From NCBI GenBank assembly GCA_964503795.1, contig CAZDBT010000001.1, positions 4,518-68,517 on the forward strand: a DNA stretch of 64,000 nt, given 5' to 3'. A program made the position numbers and the translations under genes. Shown here in pieces: positions 48,791 to 58,666 of the stretch. Positions within the stretch are counted from its first letter, which is position 1; every line of letters starts with the position of its first letter. The notes under the pieces are model-generated. The model was given only the letters and a program-made list of their open reading frames with translations. It did not search any database and was not told the origin of the DNA. The stretch comes from an uncultured Candidatus Saccharibacteria bacterium (lineage in GTDB: Bacteria > Patescibacteriota > Minisyncoccia > UBA6257 > WO2-44-18).

Positions 48791-49516
48791 ATGAAGAACG
48801 AAAATGTTTTTGAGGAAAAGGCTCAAAAGATACTGAACTATCTGAAAACGGATATCCGGCACAATAATAGCTTCCTGCCCAGACCATTTTTCTTTGAGCT
48901 GACCGGCTCTCCCGATGCGGGTAAAACCACCACCATTAAAGAGTCGTACAACTTTCTCCGTTTGATGAAATTCAAGGTTTTGATGCCCCAGGAAGGAGCA
49001 GAGGTCATCCAGCATATCGAACGCACAACGCCTCTCTACAATATCCGCACCGGTCTCTACGCCCTGACACAACTCATCGACTTTTCTACCAGCCATCTCT
49101 ACGATGTGGTGATCTTCGACCGCTGCATCTTTGATGCTTACTGCTGGATGATGTATTGGAGAGGAAAAGAAAAGTTGTCCGATCAGGAAATGGCCATGAT
49201 CCAATCATTTTTCCTGTCCAGATTCTGGATGGATCGCATTGATCTATCAATATTCATGATCTGCGATCCGGAGGAGGCGATGCGGCGCGGGAAAAGAATC
49301 GCCGTGAGCCAAAAAATGGGTCAGACCTCTAATCCCGGGACTATTCAAACCCTCGTGGACCGCTACCGAACCGCTTTTGCCCAGCTCAAGCCCGATCATC
49401 CGCAGCTCCAGCTTTTGGATACTACGAAGATGAGGGAGCGGGCAGTCATCGAGAAAGTAACCGGCCTGCTGCTGGAAGCAATGGAAAAGAAAGTAGAACG
49501 ATCAACCACTCTCTAA
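48791..49516 (+). CDS. P-loop nucleoside/nucleotide kinase (thymidylate kinase-like)
   Basis: FELTGSPDAGKTT, IFDRCIFD, DPEEAMRR. Confidence 0.7.
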   Translation: MKNENVFEEKAQKILNYLKTDIRHNNSFLPRPFFFELTGSPDAGKTTTIKESYNFLRLMKFKVLMPQEGAEVIQHIERTTPLYNIRTGLYALTQLIDFSTSHLYDVVIFDRCIFDAYCWMMYWRGKEKLSDQEMAMIQSFFLSRFWMDRIDLSIFMICDPEEAMRRGKRIAVSQKMGQTSNPGTIQTLVDRYRTAFAQLKPDHPQLQLLDTTKMRERAVIEKVTGLLLEAMEKKVERSTTL

Positions 49517-49565
49517 AGGGGTGGTTTTTTAATTTCTCGCTGATTTCCGTTATACTATTGAATAG

Positions 49566-51707
49566 ATGTCCAGGAAAGATAAAAAGAAGGCGGACCGCAT
49601 CCATCCGGAAACCAAAAACAGCATCCTGGCTGTTATTTTAGTCGGCGTTGCGGTTCTTTTGTTGCTGGCATCCTTCCACAAAGCCGGGCCGGTTGGTGAA
49701 TTCGTTTATATGGTATTGGAAAAATTATTCGGTTGGGGCTACTACTTGTTGCCGACGATCGCCTTGCTGGTGGCCGGCACATTCCTTCTGGCGAAACGGA
49801 AGATCTTTCTTGCCAACAGCATAATCGGATCGGCGTTATTTATCGTCTCCGGCTTGGGTCTGATGGATATTCTGCTCGACGGGAAAGGCGGGATGGCCGG
49901 AAAGCTAGTGGGCTTCCTCCAAGTTCCCTTCGGATATACCGCTTCTATTATACTGGCCTTCGTTCTGCTGATCACCTCGATCCTCGTCACCTTCAACGCT
50001 TCAATAAAATTCTGGAGAGTTGGGAAGGAGGGACCGGAAAAACTTGCTGGGTCCGCAATGGACGAAGAACCGGACGAGGTGAAGATCGCGGAAGATATGC
50101 CGCCTGCTCCGAAAACTAAAAAAGGCGGGGCCGATGAAGATGAAGAGGAAATTGAAGGGGACGAGGAAGAGTTGGAGCTGAAAGTCGTAGGCGCTTCCGC
50201 TCCGTCCGCTGTCGTAAAAAAAGCCGGTCTGAAAATAAAAGAATATGGAAATTACGTGGCGCCGCCGCAATCTTTATTGAAATCATCGGTAGAAAAACCG
50301 ACCTCCGGCGATCTGCGCGCTAACGCCAATATCATCAAGCGGACTTTGGACAGTTTCGGCATTCCCGTGGAGATGGGCGAGATAAATATCGGTCCCAAAG
50401 TTACCCGCTACACGCTCAAACCGGCAGAAGGAGTGAAGCTGGCTAAGATCCTTGCGTTGAACCAAGACCTTTCGCTGGCCCTCGCCGCTCATCCGATCCG
50501 CATTGAAGCCCCGATCCCGGGCAAATCTCTGGTCGGCATTGAGGTCCCTAATAAATCAGCGGCCGTGGTGCGCTTGGGCAGTCTGATCGCTTATCCGGAA
50601 TTTAAAGACTCCGGTCCGCTGGCCTTCGTTGTCGGGCGCGGCGTCAGCGGTGAACCGATCATGGCGGATATAGAAAAAATGCCCCACTTGCTGATCGCCG
50701 GGGCCACCGGCAGCGGCAAAAGCGTTGGCATCCATTCTTTGATCGTCTCATTGCTTTATAAAAACTCCCCCGCCACATTGCGACTGGCGATGGTAGATCC
50801 AAAGCGCGTGGAGCTGTCGGTTTATGGAGGACTGCCGCACCTGATAGCGCCGGTGGTCGTGGAAGGAAAAAAATCGGTTGGGCTGTTCCGCTGGGCGATC
50901 AAAGAAATGGAAAACCGATATGAGATCCTGCTTAATGCCGGCGCCCGCGATATCCGCTCCTACAACCAAAAAAATTCTCCGCCACTGCCCTACTTAGTGA
51001 TGATCATCGATGAGCTGGCCGATCTGATGGCGTCTTATGGAAAAGAGATCGAAGGTTCTATCGTGCGCCTCGCCCAGATGGCCCGGGCAACCGGTATCCA
51101 TTTGGTGGTTGCCACTCAACGGCCGTCGGTAGAGGTTGTCACCGGTCTGATCAAAGCCAACATCACCTCCCGGATGGCGATGCAGGTGGGAAGCCAAATA
51201 GATTCACGAACGATCCTAGATATGGCCGGAGCGGAAAAACTTTTGGGCGGCGGCGATATGCTTTTCCTTTCTTCCGAATTCTCCAAACCCAAACGTATTC
51301 AGGGCGCCTATATTTCCGAAGAAGAGATCAAAGCGGTGGCTAATTTTATCGAGGAGAATAACGAATTGGCCGATATGACGGCGGAGATCCCAGACAACAA
51401 GAGCCTGCCGATGAAGAACGAACCGTCTGATTTTTTGGAAAACCTGGATGATGGCGACGAGGCCGACGATGAACTTTATCACGAAGCGATCAAGGTGGTT
51501 ACGGAAGCCGGGAAAGCCTCCGCTTCCCTGCTCCAACGCCGATTGAAAGTGGGCTACGCCAGAGCCGCCCGCCTGCTGGATATAATGGAAGACAAAGGAG
51601 TGATCGGCCCGGGAGACGGCGCTAAACCGCGCGAAGTTTACAATGACAATCCCGCCGCTCCATCCGCCGGCGACCCCGGCCCATCCGAACCGGATTCTTT
51701 TGCTTAA
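49566..51707 (+). CDS. ftsK: DNA translocase FtsK/SpoIIIE
   Basis: 4-TM N-terminus, RIEAPIPGK, HLLIAGATGSGKS, ATQRPS, gamma domain SASLLQRRLKVGYARAAR. Confidence 0.96.
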   Translation: MSRKDKKKADRIHPETKNSILAVILVGVAVLLLLASFHKAGPVGEFVYMVLEKLFGWGYYLLPTIALLVAGTFLLAKRKIFLANSIIGSALFIVSGLGLMDILLDGKGGMAGKLVGFLQVPFGYTASIILAFVLLITSILVTFNASIKFWRVGKEGPEKLAGSAMDEEPDEVKIAEDMPPAPKTKKGGADEDEEEIEGDEEELELKVVGASAPSAVVKKAGLKIKEYGNYVAPPQSLLKSSVEKPTSGDLRANANIIKRTLDSFGIPVEMGEINIGPKVTRYTLKPAEGVKLAKILALNQDLSLALAAHPIRIEAPIPGKSLVGIEVPNKSAAVVRLGSLIAYPEFKDSGPLAFVVGRGVSGEPIMADIEKMPHLLIAGATGSGKSVGIHSLIVSLLYKNSPATLRLAMVDPKRVELSVYGGLPHLIAPVVVEGKKSVGLFRWAIKEMENRYEILLNAGARDIRSYNQKNSPPLPYLVMIIDELADLMASYGKEIEGSIVRLAQMARATGIHLVVATQRPSVEVVTGLIKANITSRMAMQVGSQIDSRTILDMAGAEKLLGGGDMLFLSSEFSKPKRIQGAYISEEEIKAVANFIEENNELADMTAEIPDNKSLPMKNEPSDFLENLDDGDEADDELYHEAIKVVTEAGKASASLLQRRLKVGYARAARLLDIMEDKGVIGPGDGAKPREVYNDNPAAPSAGDPGPSEPDSFA

Positions 51708-51724
51708 ACTTTTTTGGAAATAAA

Positions 51725-51751
51725 AATCCCCCGGCCCTAGGTCGGGGGATT
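51725..51751. terminator. Hairpin between ftsK and the convergent small ORF
   Basis: AATCCCCCGGCC-CTA-GGTCGGGGGATT. Confidence 0.55.
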
Positions 51752-51967
51752 TAGATTGGTAAGCAAAGCCTGGATGCAGGCGCGAGACTTCGCGATCTCA
51801 TCGATAACTGCTCGGAGCCCACTTTCCGATCTCGCCAACTCGGCCTCCGCGCTTTTCAGCACCGAAACCGCCAGCTCCCTGGAAACCGAATCATCAATCT
51901 CTCTCTGCAACGCCGCGTTCTCCTCCCGCAACTGCAGCAGCGCCAGATCTTTTAAGTCCTTGAGCAT
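51737..51967 (-). CDS. Small coiled-coil hypothetical protein
   Basis: 76 aa, AAGGAG RBS, heptad-like sequence. Confidence 0.5.
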   Translation of the reverse strand: MLKDLKDLALLQLREENAALQREIDDSVSRELAVSVLKSAEAELARSESGLRAVIDEIAKSRACIQALLTNLNPPT

Positions 51968-52095
51968 ACCGAGCTCCTTTGCTTGGGTTCTTGTTAAAGT
52001 CCAAACTTCACTTCCGCGATAATAGCACGACTAAAAAAATTTGCAACCCCGTTGTGCGGGATAAAAAAACTCTTTATAATGCGAGGGAAACAAAG

Positions 52096-52767
52096 ATGGA
52101 GCAGAAAACCCTTAAAGAAATTATTTTGGAACGGATCGACGCCAAAGGGCTGAACCTTGAAAAGGTTTGCATCCTGACCGGCGTGCCAAAACATTACCTG
52201 GACTATATTTTCGCCGGAGAATGGCATCGGTTACCGGCCGCGCCGTACACCCGCGGATATTTTAAAAAATTGGAAATGGCCCTTGACGCGACACCGGGCG
52301 ACCTTTGGGAGTTATACAAAGACGAGGCGGAAATGCGATCCTCCGGAGCCACCGACAAGCTGCCGGAGAACCGCTTTGCGATCAAAAAAGTTAAGCGCGC
52401 CTGGATCTGGCCGGTCGTGCTGGGAGGAATTGCGATCGTCTATCTGGCGATCAATGCCAGCCGGCTGATCGGTATCCCTCCCTTGGATATTCAAAATCCG
52501 CTAAGCGCCACCGTCATATCTCACCTGCCCGGTTTTGAGTTAAGCGGGATGATCGACCCCCGCGACAAAGTATTCGTCAACAACGAAGAGGTTTTTGTTG
52601 ACAAAGACGGCCGATTCCAAGAAAATTATAATCTGCAACCCGGCCTAAACACTTTTGAAGTTCTAGCCAAGCGTTTTCTCGGCCGGGAAACTAAAGTCGT
52701 CAAACAAATAATTTATCAACCGCAGCCGGAAGAGCCGAAAACCACGGCGCCGAATGGCTGGAAATAA
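52096..52767 (+). CDS. RodZ-like HTH membrane protein
   Basis: HTH (GLNLEKV...YL...[18 protein letters not shown]), one TM, Ig-like C-terminus; between ftsK and recA. Confidence 0.75.
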   Translation: MEQKTLKEIILERIDAKGLNLEKVCILTGVPKHYLDYIFAGEWHRLPAAPYTRGYFKKLEMALDATPGDLWELYKDEAEMRSSGATDKLPENRFAIKKVKRAWIWPVVLGGIAIVYLAINASRLIGIPPLDIQNPLSATVISHLPGFELSGMIDPRDKVFVNNEEVFVDKDGRFQENYNLQPGLNTFEVLAKRFLGRETKVVKQIIYQPQPEEPKTTAPNGWK

Positions 52768-52771
52768 TCCA

Positions 52772-53788
52772 ATGACCAATAAAAAGGAAGATACTAGTAA
52801 GGAAGTGGAAACAAAAAAAGAAGCTACCGCCTTAGACAGTTTGCTGTCTTCGCTGCAGGAAAAATTCGGGGAGGGAGCGATCATGAAGCTTGGGGACGCG
52901 AAAAAGCTGAATGTGGAATCCATTCCCACCGGATCGTTCTCGCTCGATCTGGCTTTGGGGGTTGGCGGACTGCCGAAAGGCAGGATCATTGAGATCTATG
53001 GCCCCGAATCTTCCGGAAAGACCACCTTGGCGCTCAACGTGATCGCTCAAGCCCAAAAAAGGGGCGGTAAGGCGGCTTTCATAGATGCGGAACATGCCAT
53101 GGACCCGGAGTATGCCTCAAAACTCGGCGTGAGGGTTAAAGAACTGCTCATCTCCCAACCTGATAACGGCGAAGAAGCTCTGAATATTCTGGAAAGCCTG
53201 GTACGATCCGGGATTATTGATGTAGTGGTGGTGGACTCTGTTGCCGCACTGACTCCCAAAGTTGAAATAGAGGGCGAGATGGGCGCTCAATATATGGGCT
53301 TGCAGGCGCGTATGATGTCCCAGGCATTGCGAAAATTAACCGCTATCTCCGCAAAATCCAACACCATGGTGATCTTCATCAACCAGCTACGCGAAAAGAT
53401 CGGCATTGTATTCGGCAATCCGGAAACTACTCCCGGCGGCCGCGCTCTGAAGTTCTATTGCTCTGTTCGTATTGACGTTCGCAAGGAAGCAGTAATTAAA
53501 AAAGGAGAGGATGTCGTTGGCAATCGGGTCCGGGCAAAAGTGGTGAAAAATAAAGTAGCGGCGCCGTTTAAGATAGCGGAATTTGATATTATGTACGGAT
53601 CGGGAATGTCTTATGAGGCCGATGTCGCCAATGCCGCTTTAAAATACGGAGTGATCACCAAGGCTGGCGCGTCTTATAGCTTTGATGGAGAAAAATTGGG
53701 TGTAGGGATAGAGAACGTGAAGGCCCGCCTGGTAGAGGACAAAAAACTTCTTCACGCGATAGAACAGAAGGTCCGCGCAGTCGCCTAG
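52772..53788 (+). CDS. recA: Recombinase RecA
   Basis: [44 protein letters not shown]. Confidence 0.98.
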   Translation: MTNKKEDTSKEVETKKEATALDSLLSSLQEKFGEGAIMKLGDAKKLNVESIPTGSFSLDLALGVGGLPKGRIIEIYGPESSGKTTLALNVIAQAQKRGGKAAFIDAEHAMDPEYASKLGVRVKELLISQPDNGEEALNILESLVRSGIIDVVVVDSVAALTPKVEIEGEMGAQYMGLQARMMSQALRKLTAISAKSNTMVIFINQLREKIGIVFGNPETTPGGRALKFYCSVRIDVRKEAVIKKGEDVVGNRVRAKVVKNKVAAPFKIAEFDIMYGSGMSYEADVANAALKYGVITKAGASYSFDGEKLGVGIENVKARLVEDKKLLHAIEQKVRAVA

Positions 53789-53800
53789 CAATAAGAAACA

Positions 53801-54847
53801 CTAAAGGATCGGGTAAATTAAGCCGACCAAAAATTCAAGAACGCCATCGTACCATCGCTGGCGGAATCCCGCCGCCGAAAAGCGCGCGGACTGCGTTTTC
53901 CATTTATTCAAAATAATTTTAAGATCTCCGATCATGTCTTTGCGCTGAAAAACTACGCTGGCTTCTAAATTAAAATCAAAGCTTTGGGCGTCCACATTGT
54001 TGGACCCAACCAATCCCTCGTGGTCATCCACCAGTAAGACTTTGGCGTGATTCATTTCCGACATAATAAAGAAATTGATCATCGGGCTTAATTTTTTCAA
54101 AATATAACGGTGCGCCAGCTGAACCAGCGCATGATCGGTATCGCCGGGAACGATCACCTCGATCTCAACTCCCCGCTTGGCGGCTTTCTTTAGGGCGTTG
54201 AAAAACCAACGCTGGGGAACAAAGTAAGGAGTAACGATGGTGATCTTATTCCGCGCTTCAGCGCACTTCTTTTTATAATATTTGATCAAAGACCGGCGCC
54301 CATAGAACGGCCAGCGTTCAATTAGCCAGGTTTTCGCTTGATATAATGAGGCGTTCAGTTTTTGCAATTTCCATTTCCGGAACCTCAACACTTCTAGATC
54401 CCTTCCTCCGGAAAGATAATAGATCTTCGCGAAAGAACTCAAAAAGCGTTTCACCAAGATCCCGGTGGCGCGCAAATGCAGATCTAACCAGTCGGCATAT
54501 TCTCCTCGGATATTCACTCCGCCGATGAAGCCAACCTGCTCATCAACCACTAATAATTTTCGGTGGGTGTGGTTGATCCAGCGATTGTAGATCAGGATCT
54601 CCGCTCCGGCTTCGGTGAAAGCTTTCCGATCGATCGTACCGAACCAAAAACTACCGGCTCGATCAATAATAATTTTTACTTTCACCCCATTCCGAGCCTT
54701 GGTTTTGATTGCCTCCAAAAAATGGTGGGTGTCCGGATCGTCGGCGAGAATAAAACTTTCTAAAAAAATGGACTTGGTGGCATGCTCGATCGCCTCAAGC
54801 ATCGCCGCCCAAGCCTTGTCGGATCTTGTGTAGAATTTGTACTTCAT
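53801..54847 (-). CDS. Cardiolipin synthase / phospholipase D family
   Basis: Two HKD motifs (HRKLLVVD, HAKVLLVD). Confidence 0.88.
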   Translation of the reverse strand: MKYKFYTRSDKAWAAMLEAIEHATKSIFLESFILADDPDTHHFLEAIKTKARNGVKVKIIIDRAGSFWFGTIDRKAFTEAGAEILIYNRWINHTHRKLLVVDEQVGFIGGVNIRGEYADWLDLHLRATGILVKRFLSSFAKIYYLSGGRDLEVLRFRKWKLQKLNASLYQAKTWLIERWPFYGRRSLIKYYKKKCAEARNKITIVTPYFVPQRWFFNALKKAAKRGVEIEVIVPGDTDHALVQLAHRYILKKLSPMINFFIMSEMNHAKVLLVDDHEGLVGSNNVDAQSFDFNLEASVVFQRKDMIGDLKIILNKWKTQSARFSAAGFRQRWYDGVLEFLVGLIYPIL

Positions 54848-54851
54848 CCAA

Positions 54852-55814
54852 TTAGATCAGCATCCGGACCACCTCCGCCACCTTATCTGGATCGTGGCGT
54901 ATGAAACCGGTCTTCCGCAATAAGTCGGCTACGATCGGCACGGGCTTTGCTGAAAAATTATTAACATCTACCTCCACGAACTGCGCCTTTTCTTTAGCAT
55001 AGGGCTTAAACCGCATCAATGTCGGTTGGGTTTTATTGATAACGACATAGTCCAAGACGTTCCTTCCCAAATAATCTTCCACCGTTCTCACGAAGTCCGA
55101 AACGCGGAAACCGTTGGTTTCTCCGAATTTGGTCATGATATTAACAAAGTAGATCTTTTTGCCTTTAGCTTTTTCCAGGGCTTGCTTAACGCCTTTTACC
55201 AACAAATTGGGCAGCAGGCTGGAATAAAGATCGCCCGGACCGATCAAGATCAGATCCGCTTCGATGATGGCTTTCCGGGCGAGTGGATTGATCTGCGCTT
55301 CGGGGCTTAGCCAGACTTTTTTTATTTTAAGATTCCCGTCATGCTTAGGAATATCAATGTTGGTTTCTCCTTTGATGACCTCTCCGTTCTCCAGCTCCGC
55401 CATCAGCGAGCACTTCTTCAGAGTGGCCGGCAAAACCCGTCCCTGTACGGACAAAATTTTCCCCGCTTCCATCACTGCCTTATCAAAACTGCCGGTGATC
55501 CGCTCTAGGGCGGTAATGATCAGGTTGCCGAAGCTGTGTCCCGACAAGCCACTCCCCTCCTGAAAACGATAATTGAAAAGATCGGACAACATCTTATTGT
55601 CAGAAGAAGAAAGCGCGATCAGGGCGCGACGAATATCGCCGGGCGGCAAAATTCCGAACTCTTCCCGCAATATGCCGGAGGACCCTCCTTCGTCCGCGGC
55701 GGTAACCACGGCGGTAATGTCGGGAAATCGGGTTTTTAATCCCAATAACACCGGGAATATTCCCGTGCCACCCCCGATCACCACGATCTTTTTTCCTTTC
55801 TGTTGACCAGTCAT
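54852..55814 (-). CDS. YvcK/UPF0052 (gluconeogenesis factor, GlmR-like)
   Basis: IGGGTG, DEGGSSG.LR, PPGDIR, GHSFGNL, GPGDLYSS, RHDP. Confidence 0.9.
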   Translation of the reverse strand: MTGQQKGKKIVVIGGGTGIFPVLLGLKTRFPDITAVVTAADEGGSSGILREEFGILPPGDIRRALIALSSSDNKMLSDLFNYRFQEGSGLSGHSFGNLIITALERITGSFDKAVMEAGKILSVQGRVLPATLKKCSLMAELENGEVIKGETNIDIPKHDGNLKIKKVWLSPEAQINPLARKAIIEADLILIGPGDLYSSLLPNLLVKGVKQALEKAKGKKIYFVNIMTKFGETNGFRVSDFVRTVEDYLGRNVLDYVVINKTQPTLMRFKPYAKEKAQFVEVDVNNFSAKPVPIVADLLRKTGFIRHDPDKVAEVVRMLI

Positions 55815-55886
55815 TTATTGTTATCCATCTTAGCTCTTCGCCCGACTTTGGTCTAGATAGAAAAACCACTCCGAGGGGCAGAGTGG

Positions 55887-56534
55887 TTAAGGATTCCATT
55901 TGAGTGTGGACGGCATACCGAAAGTGGAGCTCCGAACTCCGTTCGCATAAGACAGAAAGGTGCCTTTGTCGGCCCGCATTGCCATTACCTTACTGCTGGG
56001 AACGGGCGGACAACCCAGCAAATAAAGATTGCGCTGGGTTAGGATCTCCGGATCCCAGCACAGAAGCGCGATCGCCTCCTCTACCGTCAGACCGCGGCGG
56101 TCCGCCTCGTTTAGCCTCCTGCGAACATTATTTATATCTTCCCGATACTCTATACCCGGCTCAACATCAAAGATCAGGTAAATGTCGTTCGGAACGGTTG
56201 ATGGAGGCTGGTAGAAGGCGCGGGCTTCTGCGTCGCACTCTCCGGAACGGCTCAACTCTTCAACCTGACCGACAAATACATCCTTCAGCTGCCGGAGCCA
56301 TGAAACGACCTGGTCGGGAATGACGATCAGGCACGGAATGTGATTTTCGTGAAACGTAAGATGTAAAACTTCTTCATTGCTACGCACGAACCTGGCCAAG
56401 AACGAAAGCCTTTTGAGAAAATTCACGCTTTGTTTACCGGCTTTTTGCTCATAGCAAAGATCGAGCAATTTTTTGGCCTGTCGGTCGTAAACTTCTACCA
56501 GCTGATCACGCGCAACCTCCACTATCTCCGCCAT
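55887..56534 (-). CDS. DUF5701-like protein
   Basis: YDRQ..KLL...Y, IPCLIVIP, YLIFDVEPG, RRGLTVEEAIALL..PEIL pattern recalled for this family. Confidence 0.55.
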   Translation of the reverse strand: MAEIVEVARDQLVEVYDRQAKKLLDLCYEQKAGKQSVNFLKRLSFLARFVRSNEEVLHLTFHENHIPCLIVIPDQVVSWLRQLKDVFVGQVEELSRSGECDAEARAFYQPPSTVPNDIYLIFDVEPGIEYREDINNVRRRLNEADRRGLTVEEAIALLCWDPEILTQRNLYLLGCPPVPSSKVMAMRADKGTFLSYANGVRSSTFGMPSTLKWNP

Positions 56535-56679
56535 ACAGGCCTCCGCTTTTTCGGTCTCAAGATTCTACCGAGAGCATACCGCTTTTTTAATATTCGTCAA
56601 CAAAAATCCCGGCTCCACGCCGAGACATACAAAACGATCTTAATCAGTCAATGACTTGACTATCTAGTCAAGCAGTTGT

Positions 56680-57051
56680 CTAAAGATTTTCGTAGTGGGA
56701 AATTTGCAGCGGATCCAGACAGATCGCCACCAGATCGATCCGGTATCCCCTTGTTGGGTCTATGATTGCCTCATTGGATCCGGCAAATAATGCGGCAACT
56801 CGTTTTAACTTTGTCAGTTTGGCGCTAGTTAAATTGTCTTCTGGATGTAAATCAGTGTTTGCCGGCAAACGTCGTACGCTTTTTACCTCCACGAAAACCA
56901 GAACTCCTTCATGATCTTTAGCGATAATATCCAACTCGCCCCAGGGCTTCCAATAATTTCTTTCAAGAATCTTGTATCCTTTCTTAATTAGAAAATCACA
57001 TGCGTGACCTTCTCCGATTGCTCCGGTGATAGATGTTTTACTTTTAAGCAT
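56680..57051 (-). CDS. YraN (UPF0102) family protein
   Basis: GAIGE..A..FL..KGYKILERN....GELDIIA...LVFVEVK, RIDLVAI. Confidence 0.92.
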   Translation of the reverse strand: MLKSKTSITGAIGEGHACDFLIKKGYKILERNYWKPWGELDIIAKDHEGVLVFVEVKSVRRLPANTDLHPEDNLTSAKLTKLKRVAALFAGSNEAIIDPTRGYRIDLVAICLDPLQISHYENL

Positions 57052-57058
57052 AATCGTT

Positions 57059-57184
57059 AAGTGATGTTTAGCGTTTTACATTGTACTACGAATTTCCAGA
57101 CTACAAAAGGCCAGATTCTGTGATGGGCATTCTAACTTTGACTGGGCGTAGTTACGAAACGACGTAAAACGCTAAGCATCACTT
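57059..57184. other. 126-nt long hairpin (candidate ncRNA or MITE)
   Basis: 21-nt terminal inverted repeat with one mismatch (AAGTGATGTTTAGCGTTTTAC / GTAAAACGCTAAGCATCACTT) plus inner pairing ACTACG/CGTAGT, CCAG/CTGG. Confidence 0.55.
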
Positions 57185-57207
57185 GTCGCCTTTGGCATAT
57201 CTAAATA

Positions 57208-57324
57208 TGTTTCACACTAAACACTTTTTTTAATTCCCTCACAAAGTTGGTACGGTGTTTAACACTTAAGTGTTAAACAATTCCCCTAATAGCCCCTGTT
57301 AAACAAATTAGTATGTTTCACACT
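57208..57324. promoter_or_regulatory. Cluster of TGTTT(C/A)ACA repeats, parS-like
   Basis: Five copies, including the 24-bp palindrome TGTTTAACACTTAAGTGTTAAACA (57256-57279) and TGTTTCACACTAAACA (57208-57223). Confidence 0.45.
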
Positions 57325-57396
57325 GATTGCCGCATTCTGTCAAGTAGTTGTTTTGCCGCATTATGCGGCAATCCGGCAAAGAAAAACCCCGCTAAA

Positions 57397-57912
57397 CTAA
57401 GCAGGGTCAATTAGACAGTGGAAGCCTCTGTCTAAGGCATCAAATATTGCTTCTCTCATAAGGGCGGCGCAATGCTCTCTGGCGCGAGGCAGGCCAGAGA
57501 GTCTCATCAGGTCTGCTTCTTTTAATGATAGGATCTCTTCGACTCTCTTATGTTCTACATATCCGGAAAACCAACTAGAGGCGGCGATCAGCCAGCTACA
57601 ACCTATTGAGACATGCTTCACGGCCTCAATGTAATAACAGGACCCAAACGCGAGGCAAAAGGAACAGTTAACGAATTCTACGTCAGAACTGCCATAGGCG
57701 GAGTTGGGAGCTTTTCCGGTGGCCGAACACTCCAAGCAGGGAAGCATCTCCCACTTGAAACTCAACGCCAAGAAATCGTTGTACAATTCCTTTTTGGCGA
57801 TCCCGGTCAGGATCCTCGCTTCTCTATCCGGAAAACTTCCCCAGTTACGAGGTTTCCGGTAATGCTCGAGAAGAAGATCATTGGCGTCCTGGGATTCATT
57901 CATGGCCAACAT
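57397..57912 (-). CDS. IscU/SufU-like protein with inserted CxxC...CxxC zinc finger
   Basis: LLEHYRKPRNWG, SIGC...AASS, REHCAAL; insert CLECSATG...CSFCLAFG. Confidence 0.65.
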   Translation of the reverse strand: MLAMNESQDANDLLLEHYRKPRNWGSFPDREARILTGIAKKELYNDFLALSFKWEMLPCLECSATGKAPNSAYGSSDVEFVNCSFCLAFGSCYYIEAVKHVSIGCSWLIAASSWFSGYVEHKRVEEILSLKEADLMRLSGLPRAREHCAALMREAIFDALDRGFHCLIDPA

Positions 57913-58219
57913 TTCTCAACTCGCTTCGGATCCTTTCCAAAAGCGCCGCGTAAATATTTTTTTCTATCCAAGCGGCATAAGTCGGGCATTGGGAATCCAG
58001 TGAAAGCGACCGCAAGGAATTCAGGATTCCGAGCGTGCCCTCCTGGAGTAGATCATCAGCCTCGATCCGAGTTTTATGTTCGGCCTGTAGATTGTCCGCT
58101 GTGTCCTTAACATAATTTTGGTAGAGACGGATCAACTCAACTTTCGCGTCACCGTCACCTTGAGCTGCCAAAGAATAAAGGGAGGGGATATCGCCCGGAG
58201 GAGTTTTCGTTTCGCTCAT
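57896..58219 (-). CDS. Sigma-70 region-2-only protein
   Basis: AAQGDGDAKVELIRLYQNYV...EADDLLQEGTLGIL...TYAAWIEKNI; 107 aa, no region 4. Confidence 0.6.
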   Translation of the reverse strand: MSETKTPPGDIPSLYSLAAQGDGDAKVELIRLYQNYVKDTADNLQAEHKTRIEADDLLQEGTLGILNSLRSLSLDSQCPTYAAWIEKNIYAALLERIRSELRNVGHE

Positions 58220-58449
58220 CACAGAACTTCCTAAATTAAAAAACTGACTACAGCATACTGCGGGAAATAGAAAAACGGAAGAGGTGATGTGCGCTAAGGG
58301 AATTTCGCTTCGCCGAACCACTATCGCCGCACCCCGACCCCCATCTTGGACACCTTCTGGTTTCCAAGTGCCTTCCAACACGGGGTACGGCTGGTTCGAT
58401 TCCTAGAACCTGTAATTTAAAATCACCCTTGTGGGTGATTTTAAATTAG

Positions 58450-58520
58450 TGCGCGCTAAGGGAATCGAACCCCTGTATATCGCGTGTAAGGCGATCGCTC
58501 TGCCATTAAGCTAAGCGCGC
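58450..58520 (-). tRNA. tRNA-Val(TAC)
   Basis: GCGCGCT acceptor stem, anticodon arm ATCGC-CTTACAC-GCGAT, GGTTCGATTCC T-arm; CCA not encoded. Confidence 0.92.
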
Positions 58521-58524
58521 TCTG

Positions 58525-58595
58525 TGCCCTCACTTGGAATCGAACCAAGGTACTTCGCTTAAGAGGCGAGTGCTTTACCACTAAGCTATGAGGGC
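58525..58595 (-). tRNA. tRNA-Lys(CTT)
   Basis: GCCCTCA/TGAGGGC acceptor, loop CTCTTAA, GGTTCGATTCC. Confidence 0.9.
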
Positions 58596-58666
58596 GGGTG
58601 TGGATAACTCTGGGATAATTCTAATCGCGATTTGACATTCTGTAAACTCTGACGGCTGATTTAAGC

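Noticed and set aside
58291-58410. Additional or intron-containing tRNA
   Set aside because: T-loop-like motifs are present but no acceptor stem or cloverleaf could be built
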